From Paraspadella gotoi (lineage: Eukaryota; Animalia; Chaetognatha): a stretch of 64,000 bases of DNA. The stretch's first letter is position 1. Each line of letters opens with the position of its first letter. The position numbers and the translations under genes are program-made. The notes beneath the pieces are model-generated. The model had not been told where the DNA came from. It saw only the letters and a program-made list of their open reading frames with translations, and did no database searches. Positions 42,468 to 54,792 of this stretch are shown here, in pieces. The DNA lies in NCBI GenBank assembly GCA_051294375.1, contig CM119263.1, forward strand, positions 20,426,115 through 20,490,114, written 5' to 3'.

Positions 42468-45400
42468 ACTCATACTCGCATTTGTTTGTTTTATTTACGA
42501 TGAATGATTCATCGCGTCAATGAATGACTATCATCGCATCAATGAATGACTATCATCATGGCTTGATCCTTATGCTTTTAAGATTTTTTACTTTAGTTTC
42601 GTTTGAAATCTCACTAATTACGTTTCGCCCGGAGGAAACTCCGTTTTTACGAGTTTTCCGGTGTATTATGATAATAAAATAAAGTCTAAATATCAAATAC
42701 GACTTTTTCTTCTAAATTCTTCGGTACTACTCATGTTAAAGCATTTCGACGGGCGTTACGACGACGTTTCGACTCCACGGGCATAGAAAATACAAAAACG
42801 TTTTCTACAGTAAAAACGGATAATCGCTTTGCGGAGCGTACGTCGATCAAAAAATAATAATACAAGACTACTAAAATTGAAAATTCGTCGGCGACAAAAG
42901 ATATCGACGATGAAATTTTAAAAAGACTTGAGCCTCGCCTTCAAAAATTTGAAGCTGCTCTCTCGCGACTGGAAAGTCTCTTTACTCCGTCGCCAACTAT
43001 TAACAAGATTCAAGACAAAGAAATTTCTCTTTCAACTAACTTTTCTAATTCGAAAAACCGTAAGTCACCACGAAGGCGACTTTCCTGTGCGAGGAGTTCG
43101 TCGGCGTGTGCGTCGGCGAGTGCGTCGGCGTGTGCGTCGGCGACTTCACGGACAACTCCTTCGACAACAATTCCTTTGGCATCAAGATCAGGAACAAGGT
43201 CGGGGACGCTGTCACCATCATTCAACAATACTTCAAGTCAGATGCATCCTTTGCGAGGAGGAGGACCACTACGTCTCTGCCTGCTTGGCTTTCCGTTCAG
43301 GTTTACCCGGGACTAAAAAAGACTACGCTTTTCAGAACAATCTCTGCTTCCGGTGTCTGCGATCGGGGCATTATTCGAAAAACTGTCGATCAGAGCGCCG
43401 TTGCGTAGCCTGTCATGGACTCCATCACACTACGCTTCATGATGCCTTCATATTTAACGGACAAATTCCGCCCAAATCGATGCCTTCTATTCAAACCCCC
43501 AGGGAAGAAACTCATGAAAATCAAGCCACTTTTGCGATTAACTAAAACGCAGTTGTTCCATGTCTTGATTTAAAACGTATTTTACCCTTTCTAATCGAAT
43601 TGTTACCAATGAAAATTGAATAATTACTTGTTATTGGTATTTCGAGATTCGTGATTTTAGGCGACAATCCTTTTTAATGTCAATAATATAATATTTATAT
43701 TGACCAGGGGGGTGAACAAGATTTTACGCCTCGCCACTGTCTCTCTTACCTTTTCCGAGGCCACTTTTCTAATGGGCCAATATTTTTCGCGGTCATTTAA
43801 GCTAAAACCCGTATTCCGAGATAGAAATCGTTTTTTACGTTAGTTTCGTTTGAAATCTTACTAATTACGTTTCGCCCGGAGGAAACTCCGTTTTTACGAG
43901 TTTTCCGGTGTATTATGATAATAAAATAGTCTAAATATCAAATACGACTTTTTCTTCTAAATTCTTCGGTACTAATCATGTTAAAGCATTTCGACGGGCG
44001 TTACGACGACGTTTCGACTCCACGGGCATAGAAAATACAAAAACGTTTTCTACAGTGACTAAAAGACCTAAAAACAAACATTTCGGATCAAATTAATTAA
44101 TTAATTACCGCTAATGATCGTGGGCAGATCCGTCATTGTTTGTTCAAACTTGTTTGTTTGTGAGTATTGTGACTGATATAGACTTTCGATAAAAATTGAA
44201 TTTTTTATTATTAAAACTAATGTTTATCTCTCGCAAAAATATTTAGATATTCATGATATTGACAATATAATGTACTTATTATAAATATTATTCATTATTA
44301 GTAGAAAGTTTAAGCATTCTACCACTCATATTTTATGACCCTCAGGACAACGGTTTCGACCATGAGGCACATATGATAATTGATAAGTCGTTTAGCAAGG
44401 AACAGACTGCTTGACCTTTAGTTCGGAGATTCAATTAAATCGCCGGAAAATTTCCCGGCACGTAATGTTTGGGAACACGCCCAAACTGGATAGTTGGGCA
44501 TTGGGCAATGAACAATGGGTACCCCCTTTTAACCTTCTCTTCAGGATATTTTTTCAACTTTCAGGATTTACTACTTGGGAAGGTAGCCAAGAACTAGCAT
44601 GCCACATTATGGAAGAGTTTTGGCAACAAGGGGATGATGAAACACAAAAAGGTCTGACTTCGTTGGATAACATAGAGCCGATTCTCGATCGTCGGCAAAA
44701 ATTCAACTTGCCATCTCTAGAAGTAAGCGTTTGCCAATAGGCATTAGGCAATAGCGATAGATTTTCAAAAATCGGTATCCAATTGCAATTTATACCAAAA
44801 ATAATAATTTTATGGCGATAGCGGGAATCACCGGGGTGCGTTTGGACATGAGTTTTAAAATTAATAATGAGATATGACGCGATGTACAGTCTCGTAGAAT
44901 AAACTATGCAGTTAAAAAAAAATTCATTATTGATTTTTTTCATTTTTTATTGTTTCTCATCCTAGGTCATTACTACGTGAATGTTATGTATAAAAATTAA
45001 TGCAAAATCTTTTAAAGCTCTCATGATACAGTTAAATACATAAATGCTGTCAGAATTCAAACTAAAAAGAAGATTGGTTTATTCTGTAACGTGTGAACAA
45101 CATATCTCTTAAAAAACAATGCAGTCAAAATCTCCTCTGTTAAAGCTGTCGTTTGATATCAAAAACTTCAAACATTTGTCTGTCCATCTGTCTGTCTTTC
45201 CGTCCTTTCTCCCGTACTTTTAAAGTCTTATTACTTATGTTTGGATAAATCAATTGAGTTGAAACTTTGTCCGTGATTAAAAAACTCGTTCATTGAGCTG
45301 GAATTCAAGTTTCAATGGAATCTAGCTAGTGGAAGTAGGTTTAATTAGAAAAAGTAAAGATCAATTTTAGTTTATTAATTTAATTTGTATTTTTTAACAT

Positions 45401-47640
45401 TATTTTTAGATGATTGATTGGCTGATTGATCAGTTGATTGAAAGATCATCAATGATCGATTATCATTGTATATACTATTGTCACATTAATAAATGGCTAT
45501 CATTGCATTGATAAATCTTTTATATTTTTATATCTATAAGATAAAATGATTGATTGGCTGATTCATCAGTTGATTGACAGATTCTTTTATTGATTTATTA
45601 AGAAAATGAGTAACAGGGCCAGAATATCGAATTATGATAAATTATGCCCCAAAAAATTATGTCCATCCCTCCTTAGCAAAAGACTCCAATTACTCGTGAT
45701 TGGATGGTTGGATTGGAATGAAATCTTCTGTGTGGGTAGGGAAGTGTGTGATTGAGCTGGATGTGAAGTTTCGTTGGAATCGTGCGAGTGGAAATGAGTT
45801 TAAATGGAAAAACAAAAAAACCTGTTTCACTAATTGATTATGCTTTTTTTTATAATAAATTTAAATGCAAGATGTATTAATTAATCAAATAATTAATCAG
45901 TTAATTAATCAATTAATTTATTAATAATTATTTAATCAGTCAATTAATCATTTTATTGTTGAATAAATCAATTTCTTTATCTATTAATTAATTATTTAAT
46001 CAATCAATTTGTAAATTAATTAATTATTTAATCAATCAATCAATCAAGTATTTATTTGACGTCTCCTCGAACGTGCAACCTTTGCATCTTAAACAACAAT
46101 CAGAATTCTTTCTCTCACTTTTACTTTGGCTCTCTAGCTCTCACTCTTTGCCCCACTCTCTCTCTGTCGCTTTCACTTTGTTTCTGCATCAATTTCAGAA
46201 CTTTTGCTCACTTACTCAGTCTTGTTATGTCATAAACATGTCCACATTCCTCTTTCAATTTATTTTGTTAATATTGACAATAATTATTATTGCTATAATT
46301 ATAGTCTTTTATACATTAAAAAATAATTCCTATCAATGTTATAAGGAGGAAAAAAAACTGTTTTTTAATATAAAAAACATTACAGTATTATTATTAAAAG
46401 TAATGATTTATCAAAATTAATAGCAAATGATCAATATAACATAAGATAAAAAAAACTGTCCTCCATAATCCTCTTGAATACTTATGAAAAACATAAAAGA
46501 AAAAATGAAAAATTAAAAAAAAACTTTTTCGACCATGCTCACTGAGAATTCTAATTTTGCATAAAAAATAAATAAATCAAAAAAATAAAAACATCAGATT
46601 GTGACAAAATCGATTGGGAAAAAGCTGAATTTTTTAAAATGCAAAATTATTTCTCAAGTTCCTTATTTATAATTCTCAATGAGACAAATGTTTTTTTCAA
46701 AATTTAAATATTCAACTTTGTAATTAATTAAAAATCAATTTAGTGTACTAAATTTTAAAATATTTTTATAAAAATTTATACCTAAAGTTCTTAGAGAGAA
46801 CAAATAATTTTGAATTTTAACAACGATTTTTATTAATAGTTGGACATGTTTCGGCTTGCTTACTTCAAGCCTTCATCAGCATATGCTGATGAATTCTTTG
46901 CTCTCTCTAATACCTATAAACAACGAAAAAGAAAGGATTATCGCATTATACCTAAAGTTCTAAGTAGATGATTTTCCCAAAAATGTTACTTAGATCTTTC
47001 TTAAAACGCCTAACAAGTCACAGCCACAAAATGAATACAAAAACTCGAAAAAAGCAATATTGTTTTGTCATTCTGATTTAAAGATATTTGGTTGATTGTT
47101 ATGCTTTAAATTTCCTTGAAATGAAAAAAAAGGTTTAAAAGATAGCTATTGATCTCTAGTAGTAAATTGAGTTTGAATATAACTTTTTTTAATCAACAAG
47201 TTTAACCCAGATCAATTACAATGACGATGGTATGAAATTTTATCACCATTTCAAGCTACTTTTAGCCTGATTTTTTACATATTTTGATTATCTTTGCGAT
47301 CTTAATGATGAAAAACAGTCATGGTAAAGAGAGCTTATGTTAGTAATCAGACAGAAAAAATTTTGGTCACAAGATAAAGAATTTTGCATGAGAATAGCGT
47401 GAATAAATTTTTCCTCGAGACTGCACCGCGACATATGTAGTCAGTCCGTCAGTTTTGTCTTTTTCTGTCATTTTCTTTCCGTTTTTACAGGTAGGATTCA
47501 TCGCCAATGTGTGCCTCCCTTGTTACAAATTATTAGCGATCGTCATCATTGAAGCAGATGAAATTGTTAAGAATGCAGAAAAAAATCTGGAACTTTGGAA
47601 AGCGATTGCAGAGACAACAAAGACTGAAATGCGAGACTGA
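34706..47640 (+). CDS. cAMP/cGMP phosphodiesterase with tandem GAF domains, PDE10-like
   Basis: Exons 34706-34798, 35592-37628, 37691-37865, 44565-44722, 47491-47640. GAF motifs FNREVDAMTGY and NKLGGTFNKKDE. Catalytic YHNWNHA, CHDVDHRGKTN, MEQHH, EEFWQQGD. N-terminal VTTELVTEFLKRNTDYLEDFV resembles the PDE10 N-terminus. Confidence 0.92.
37903..38197 (+). mobile_element. Short retroposon with a twister-like ribozyme, in PDE intron 3
   Basis: 8-bp TSD ACTAAAAT (37895-37902 and 38198-38205). Contains GACGG-gacgtc-TAA...gtag/ctac...G-TCAGA-TCCGAAGA-TCTGA at 38078-38154. Confidence 0.6.
39106..42589 (+). mobile_element. Helentron/DINE-like element (family B) inserted into a T run of the 5' LTR
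   Basis: 12-bp sub-terminal inverted repeat atcaagccatga (39106-17) and tcatggcttgat (42556-67). 5' hairpin ccggcgaagccgg, (GTC)n tract, no TSD. Homologous to 60113-61300 (-). Confidence 0.75.
42928..43545 (+). pseudogene. Gag remnant with three BEL/Pao-type zinc knuckles
   Basis: CILCEEEDHYVSAC...CFRCLRSGHYSKNC...CVACHGLHHTTLH. The upstream part appears frameshifted and no pol is present. Confidence 0.8.
46792..46945. mobile_element. Penelope-like element remnant with a minimal hammerhead ribozyme (- strand, 46839-46885)
   Basis: 16-bp TSD TTATACCTAAAGTTCT (46776-91 and 46946-61). Reverse complement reads CTGATGA-A-GGCTTG-aagtaag-CAAGCC-GAAAC-AT-GTC. Confidence 0.85.
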
Positions 47641-48182
47641 TTAGTGATTAAGCAAACCTTAATTAACATGTAAAACATGTTATCAAATTAAATTATTTTG
47701 CATTCACATATTTTAGAAATACTAGGATATGATACGTTTGGCTACATTAATACTTTATGATGTTGCATCCGTTTTAACCAAGAATTTTCGGTTTCATGTG
47801 ATACCATCGATAATTATATTATTTATGTGAGAAATTAAGTTATTTAAGGAAAATTGAGTCTACGTACTAAATAACAAAAATTATAGTACAGCTTCCATAA
47901 GTTTGGTCATGATTTTTATCTTCAGTCCACTGTCAAACAAGCAAATAAATCGGCAATTTATTTCTTCCCATAATTTTATAATTATAATTCTCGCTACTTG
48001 TCTCCCTAATTTAAAATGCTATCCCAATAATAAAAGAATGCGTCAGGAATTTCTAATATATAATGTAACCTAAAAAAGGAATGTCAAAAAAACAATTAAG
48101 TATTTTTCCAAGCTACCGAAGTACAAGAATTTTAATTTAAATGATTTTCATAAGAAAACTGCATTCAGCGAAGCGCGCCAAC

Positions 48183-48846
48183 CTAAGGGTCTGTGAATTC
48201 CAGTCTCCCTTTTAATTCGTCGCTCAATCTGTGCTGCAAAAACTGCGCTCGACGCAAGGGCCACACAACGCCAACAGCCTTAGACTCTACCAGTCCGACA
48301 GAGATCGGGCCGAAATCGTTAGAATCCACACTATTTTTCTGGTTATCGCCTGAAAACAACTTTAATAATTAATGGCTCTTTACAAAATAATTTCAAACTG
48401 CTTTTTGTCCGTTTGCTAAAATTCAGGAACTAACCTTCGATCCAGCAGTGACCCTTCGGAATTCTGACTAGCCTCTTTCGATATCTGAGCGTCCTGATCA
48501 TGTCACCCTCTAAAGCAACTATACGCTTGATAAATCGGCTCTGTGGGTCGTTCGGTCCGACGATGACGACGACGTCGCCGCGAGAAACGTTGAAGTCACG
48601 AACGGTGTGTCTATTGAGGAAGACCCAGTCTCGCGGAGCACGAATGTTGAGGGAAGACTAAGCGGTGTTAGCTGTGATTAATTGGCTTATTACGTGAACT
48701 CTATCTCATCTCACCCAGGAAGGATTGAGCAGGGGTTGCATGGAGCTGCCTTGAACATAGTCTACGTAGGAAACTTTATCCCAGCCATACCGTAAAAGGA
48801 AAGCAACCGCACCGCCCAATACCACACGGCGACGAAACGGTTCCAT
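48183..48846 (-). CDS. IMMP2L: Mitochondrial inner membrane protease subunit 2
   Basis: Not in the ORF track. Exons 48846-48715, 48657-48435 and 48349-48183 give VQGSSMQPLLNP...RGDVVVIVGPNDPQSRFIKRIVALEGD...[30 protein letters not shown]...VVWP. Catalytic Ser/Lys dyad of S26 peptidases is present. Confidence 0.93.
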
Positions 48847-49934
48847 TCGCAGAAAACCTACTTCACAACTATTCGCACAGAGAATGCTTATTGCTTAGTA
48901 TGCTATAGTGATTGTTGTTTGAAATTCTTATTCGTCTCACTACGCACTAACTGTTTTAAAAAGATAAACATCACAAATAATTCTTGACCTTGTCATTAGA
49001 CGCAAAATTTTATGTAGTAAATAAAATTCAAAAATTTCGGCACAGTAACTAGGCACAAAAACTTAACTAATTTTTCTGTAAATCTTAGTAGATAGAAACT
49101 TTTCGACCCACGCCTGTAAGCATCATCTTGAAACTGAAAAATAAAACTAAACACCCAAATCGCTAGGCAAATTTTTATACAGTATACCGAATTATATTAC
49201 AAAACAAGTTATGTACATCGAAAGAACCATACACGAGGAGAAACGAAGTCAATATCACTATATGGATAAAGAAATAACAAAGAAGTAGCGAACTAAATAG
49301 TTTTATACTCGTGAACAAAATGCTTCTTTATGGTGAATTGGGCGACGAAAATCGTCTAAATAATTGACCTTGTGCGTTCGCGGCCATAAGAGCTTCCGTT
49401 TTTTGGAAAGAAAAAGAATTAAAAGGAAACGATGTACAAAAGGAGAACTGGTCGTGAGAGTACACTATACTAAAACATGCCTAAAACTTAACAAATAAAA
49501 ACAAGAATTACGGCTGTCACAGTCTTGGACTTTTGGAAAAACAAGTGGGACAATGAAGATTGACTTAGAAAATAGGCTGAAGAAATTACGCGTTAGGGGG
49601 GCAACAATTGAAAACGCTTTGCCAAAGATAAAGGAATGACTACTTTTTTTTAAAAAAAGACTTCTTTCGTTACACTGAAGATATAATATACGCTTAAGAA
49701 CGAAGTATAGATCGCATTCATAGAGGGGTGGGGTACCACAGAGATGATAAATCATACGGGTCCACAAAATATGATGACCTCGCGGTTTGTTTCCTTTTTT
49801 AAAACAGGATGACAATTAGAGATTCCGCTTTTTTTATCGACGTACCCGCAATACAAAGTACATAGTTCGTAGCCGTATAATATTGGCCCCGCCCGACAGA
49901 TACGACTCTGCTTTTCCCATCCCAAAGCTTTTTT

Positions 49935-52900
49935 TTACTTTCGTCGCGCAGGTTTTCCCGTTGAACATCCACAAAAAAACTCGAAGTCTTTCTTATTAAC
50001 GTCTTCAAAGCTGAAATGGGGGAGGGGGGAATGTTATTCATAAAAAAATCAATGAACGGAATGATTCGACCTAAAAAAATATTTTCAAGTCTCACTTGAC
50101 ACCCTCGCATTCTGTGTGGAACCACTCGTCGCAAGCGTCGCAGGCCACCCATTGTATCCGCTTCCCGGGAGGTCGTAAACACTTTTTTGAAGCGCAGACG
50201 TCGTACTCTTCTTTATGCCACATAAACTGAGTCGCTTTTGTTCCGGAACTAAAAACATTTGTTATTTAGATAAGCTAAACCTCAAATTCTAGGAAAACCC
50301 GTAAAAAGTCAGGCCGAAGGATGAACAAAGGGATAAAACCAACCTGGCGGAATCGTTTCCCGATGAAGCAGAATCGTCCGAGTCCACGTCGGAGTCATCA
50401 ACTGTGGCCTTCGACTTGACCTTCTTTGAATCGACCTTAGACTTCTTGCTTCCTTTTTTCGCGGGGGGAGGCGGAGGTGGCTTTTTCTTGTCCGGCGCTT
50501 TTTGCGCTTGTTTCGAGGATACTGAACAGACGACAGAATTCGTGAAAATTTTTGAACAGATCCAGTATCAACTAATAATTAAATAATTAACCTTTCGAAA
50601 CTTTTGCCCCCTTGGACGATGACGGCTTGGCGGTTGTTTTAGCAGTGGATTTCGCCGTCGACGACGGGACGCTTGACCCTTTCCTGGCTTTGACTTCGCT
50701 GAGAACACCCGGGGGTCGGCCGCCCGTGCCTGCTGCTGAGCCTCGCCCTTTTCCGGGCGCAGGTGTGGAAGCGGCGTCGCTTGCACCAACCTTTCTGGCT
50801 TTAGCGGGCGGGGAAAGGGGCGAAGCGCTGGAGGTGGCTCCTCCTTTTTTGGAACCTCCGCTGCCTGAAGGTCGGCCGCGGCGTTTCTCACCTGTGACGG
50901 AAGAAGAAAAAATATTCTTTAAAAATATTTTATTTATACAGAATATGTCAACATCATTCATCTGCATAGATACAACCGAATTCCAAATGACAAAAAAAAT
51001 TGATTTAATAAATTAAAATCTAGTAGAATTCTGGTTTCTGTGGTATATTATTCATAAATTGCTGGTCTATCAAAAAATTTCAAAATAAAGGATCAAAATT
51101 TTAAAAAGTTTAGGCAGGTAGATTCGTCGGTGAAACATACAAAAATAAAAAAAAACATTTTACAGAATCGCAGGTATGGCAGACAAACTAAAAATCGATG
51201 CGATGCCTCGAAAGATGAAAACAATTTTTACCCGGCTTTGCTGGCGAAGTATTCGAAATTGGCGTTTTGTATATGGTTTCGCTGACTACATTGGGTGTCG
51301 ATGTCTTATTGTCTTCTCCTCCGGAGGATTCATCGTCGCTATTTATTAAACAGATTCAATATTTAATTAATCAACGAGATGAAATTTGACGCTTTTATAA
51401 TCATTGTTCATACAAAGATAACGAATCGTTATTAACGATAATCATAGCACCAATTTAGCAATTTACTAAGTTACGTAGCACAATTTTTGTTTAAAATTTA
51501 AAAACGTAAACATATTTTATTCGTTATTGGATGCTTTGTAATTATTTTTATGCACCTCTCAATTTTTTTGGTTGCGTAAAAAAAAGCTTTGATACGAAAA
51601 CAGTAATGCTCACCTAGAATCGTCCTCGTCACTTTCATCGTCGTCTTCTTCGTCGTCCGATTCCTCACTCGAGTCAGAACCATCCCCATCGTTTTGGTCA
51701 AAAACCATTGGTTTTTTGCTTGAGGATTTCGAGGGTTTAGGATCCTGAATGAAGACAAATAGTAAATAATACAGAGTAAAATATAAAATGACGTAAAATA
51801 CCATTAAGTGTTTTGTTGAAGGCGGATTTCTGTCGATGGACGTTCATAAACTATACTACGAAAAGCATCAATACAGGGTCTGTGCGTTTTTTGGGGGGGA
51901 ATAAATTTGGTTCTTAAATTCTTAAAAACCGTTGTATGTAGATTAAAACCGATAACATTTTTGGTCTTAGCTTTCAGTCGATACTCAAAAAGTTGGAATC
52001 CATTTGATCTTAGCCTTCGGTCGATACCCAAAATGCTATGAAAATATTTTTCTCAACGGAAGATACATCACGTTTTTCGTTACGAGTAAGTTTTAAAGGT
52101 TTTTGACAATACATTATAGATAAAAAATAAAGAGTTTTAATCAGTTTGGCCTTTCCTTTAATTCGATACCCAGATTGATTCTTCATTCACTAACTAATTT
52201 AGTTATTTATGTGTTTTATTTTATTTTTTTTTATTGCGAACTTTATTTGTAAATGCCCCAGAGACATACGAAGTATTTTGTGCTGGAATTGGTTAAATGT
52301 GACATCAACCAATATTATAACAACGTTGCATCATCATGCATCATCATGCAGCAGCAGATTGGTTAGTTTAGCGGTGCGCAATATCAAAAAACCGTCCTTC
52401 CCGTCAAATAGGATTATAAAATAAAAAATATGTTTCTAAAACATTTTCTAACTTTCATGCAATTTTTAAGAAAAAGATTTTAAATTTTCAAATAACGTTC
52501 AAAAGAGCGCGCGAACCCGGCAAATTGATGCGTTTTGTAAAACCTAAAGTGGCTTTGACTAAAGTACCGGACGAAATTTGACTAATTTTTTTATACATAC
52601 AGTACAAATAGAATTATCGAAGCAAAAAATACCAAAAGTTAATTTTTAAGACCATAATTTAGTGAGATTGATTAAAAATATTTTTCAATTAAATATTTGT
52701 TAAAAATTGAAAAAAAAAATTTCGGCTACTTTCAGTCGAGGTGGGTTGCCCGCCTGGGGGATGTAATATAGTTTAGGGCTCGAATTTTAATCTTTCTCTC
52801 GATATTTCTATTAGTATAGTCAAATAGTGTGCGGATACCAAATTTGGTAGGGTAGCTGGTCAGAACCAATAATTATCATTATTATAAATATTATTAAGCC

Positions 52901-53847
52901 TTCTGTCTACTTTTAGATTGTAATGATAAAATTGAACTTTTTGAAACCTTTTGGGACTTGGATGTTTTAGCTTTTGTCTTGCCGCCGAAGAGATCGTCTC
53001 CGTTGAGAACCGAGGATTGGACAGAACCTGGTGAGAGCAGCAGAGTAAGCGTCAAGGAGTATACATATGTGGCTCCACGAAAACATCTTACCAGTCTTAG
53101 ATGATTTCTTCTTCTTGGATTCGGCGTCGTCATCTTCGTCCTCCTCGTCGCTTGATTGTCCTTTCGGGCTCTGAGCGCTCTCTGGTCGACTTTGAAAAAC
53201 ATCTTGTTTTAATTTCAACATAACGCTCGTGCTAATGTTGTTTTAATTTCAACATGACGCCACTTCTTTTGGTGATATTTTATTTTTAACGACGCTACTA
53301 GAGTTGTTTAAATTTCTTCACGTCTTCTATGTCTCCAAACAAAGCCACTGAACTCGAGCATCTAGACGACCCACCCAACCTACCTGTCAGCGTCAGATTC
53401 TTGATCCGTGTCCGATCCGGAGTCAGAATTTTTTTCGTCGATTTCAAAGATGTACGAAAGTTCGGCGAGTCTGTTCGGCGCGTGCTCCCCAGGTTTCACT
53501 CTAGACCCGTTCAAATGTCCGAACGTGATGATGTCGCCGTGGCCGAGGGGCTGGCGCTGTTTGGAGACGCGGTAGTCGTTGATGAACGTCCCATTGAGAG
53601 AACTGTCTTGTATTGTATAGACGCATTTCCCCTTTTCCTCGCTCCTGTGGATTTCGGCGTGTCGTCGAGAGATGAGTTTTTGGAATTTCGGAGAGTCGAG
53701 ATAAAAGTCGTTTTCGCTTCGCGATCGTCCGAATTTGGTCGAAGGTTTTCGAAGCCGGAGGACTTCGCCGACATTCTCCACAGTGTCGGAAGGGACGGAC
53801 GGAGCCATCCCGCCGTCCGTCGACCAGGGATTTAACTTGCGTAGCAT
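49935..53847 (-). CDS. TCF19: TCF19-like protein: N-terminal FHA, acidic and Lys-rich linker with an AT-hook, C-terminal PHD finger
   Basis: Exons about 53847-53384 (start uncertain), 53189-53092, 53027-52948, 51744-51614, 51338-51232, 50891-50592, 50521-50344, 50248-50096, 50010-49935. FHA FGRS..ISRRHA..SLNGTFIN. AT-hook KRRGRP. PHD CASKKCLRP..WVACDACDEWFHTECEG..FFCGC. Confidence 0.85.
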
Positions 53848-54089
53848 CGTAATTGAGGAATTTCTACTATAAAGCCGAAGCAAAGTGAGAAGGATAAGTT
53901 CGACTAGCTTCGAACGAATGGTGGTCGAGTAAAGGTCATGACTTTGGACCAGGTATTCGGGCGTATTTCGCTGATTCAACTACGAAGAAAATTATAGTTA
54001 AAAAAACCAAGTTAATAGGAAACAGCAAAGAACGTTATAAACTTTTGTAAATCTTCTTACTATACACCACCCCTTCTTAGCATAAAATA

Positions 54090-54330
54090 ATAGATTTCGG
54101 GGAAAAGTTCTTCGCTTTCTGTATATAATTAAATATTCAGCAATTGCTCTTAGTCTGGAAAAGCGTGCAAGGGGCGGCCGTCGTCAAAAGGGTCTCCCGC
54201 CATCTTCGCATAATGCATAAGGAAAATCGGCGATGATTGGCCAAACCGACCAACAGGCGCGGCCTCGAAACGATAAGATCTCATTCATAATGCGCGATCC
54301 AACCTGTATTCGGGAAATGGAAGAGAAATA
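54090..54330. promoter_or_regulatory. Candidate bidirectional promoter between the TCF19-like and Shisa genes
   Basis: Local GC rise between divergent genes. Contains CGCCATCTT (YY1-like), GATTGG (CCAAT box) and TTCGGGAAA (E2F-like). Confidence 0.45.
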
Positions 54331-54792
54331 ACAAATGACAAACGTTAATATCCTTTAATATATGTGATACATTAGATATATTAATTTGGAATACCAATTT
54401 ACCAGTGAATAGAAAAAATCATTGGTAGGGCAATAAATTTACCGATCGAAACACGGTCCCTCTCTTTTTCGTTCTCTTAGTTATCATACATATTGAGTTT
54501 GAGGGATAATGGTTTAAAAATAAAGGTTTAAAGATAATTTATAGCTGCAAAAAATATTTTAATTTTAGTGAAAAAAATTTACCGCTTGAAATTGACGCTT
54601 AATGGCAATATTACTTATAAAAACGTTAACAAATAAGGCTGTTCTTTTTTTCTCCAATTTGAATCTGCAAGACTGCATCAGCACAACAATACTTGCATAT
54701 TCTAGACCTAGAGGCTCGACTGGCAGCTGGTATGTGCAGATCTTGCTTAGTGGATGTGCTCAATCTTTTCTCCAGGCGTTTTAGCACCATAT

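Larger units (their letters stand above)
38983..44054 (+). mobile_element. Non-autonomous BEL/Pao-type LTR retrotransposon; the 5' LTR is interrupted
   Basis: 3' LTR 43713-44054 (TG...CA). 5' LTR 38983-39105 plus about 42590-42809. 5-bp TSD GTGAC (38978-82 and 44055-59). G-run PPT before the 3' LTR. Confidence 0.9.
38303..44154 (+). mobile_element. Family A Helentron/DINE-like element split by an LTR-element insertion
   Basis: 5' part about 38303-38977. 3' end (gggcagatccgtcattgtttgttcaaacttgtt) at about 44060-44154. Confidence 0.65.

Noticed and set aside
49514-49580. LHCPTC segment as the last PHD exon
   Set aside because: The splice phase is incompatible. Exon 50010-49935 fits the phase and supplies the final cysteines.
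50071-50095. 25-nt intron in the TCF19-like gene
   Set aside because: It gives an early stop and a truncated PHD. The acceptor at 50011 gives a complete domain.
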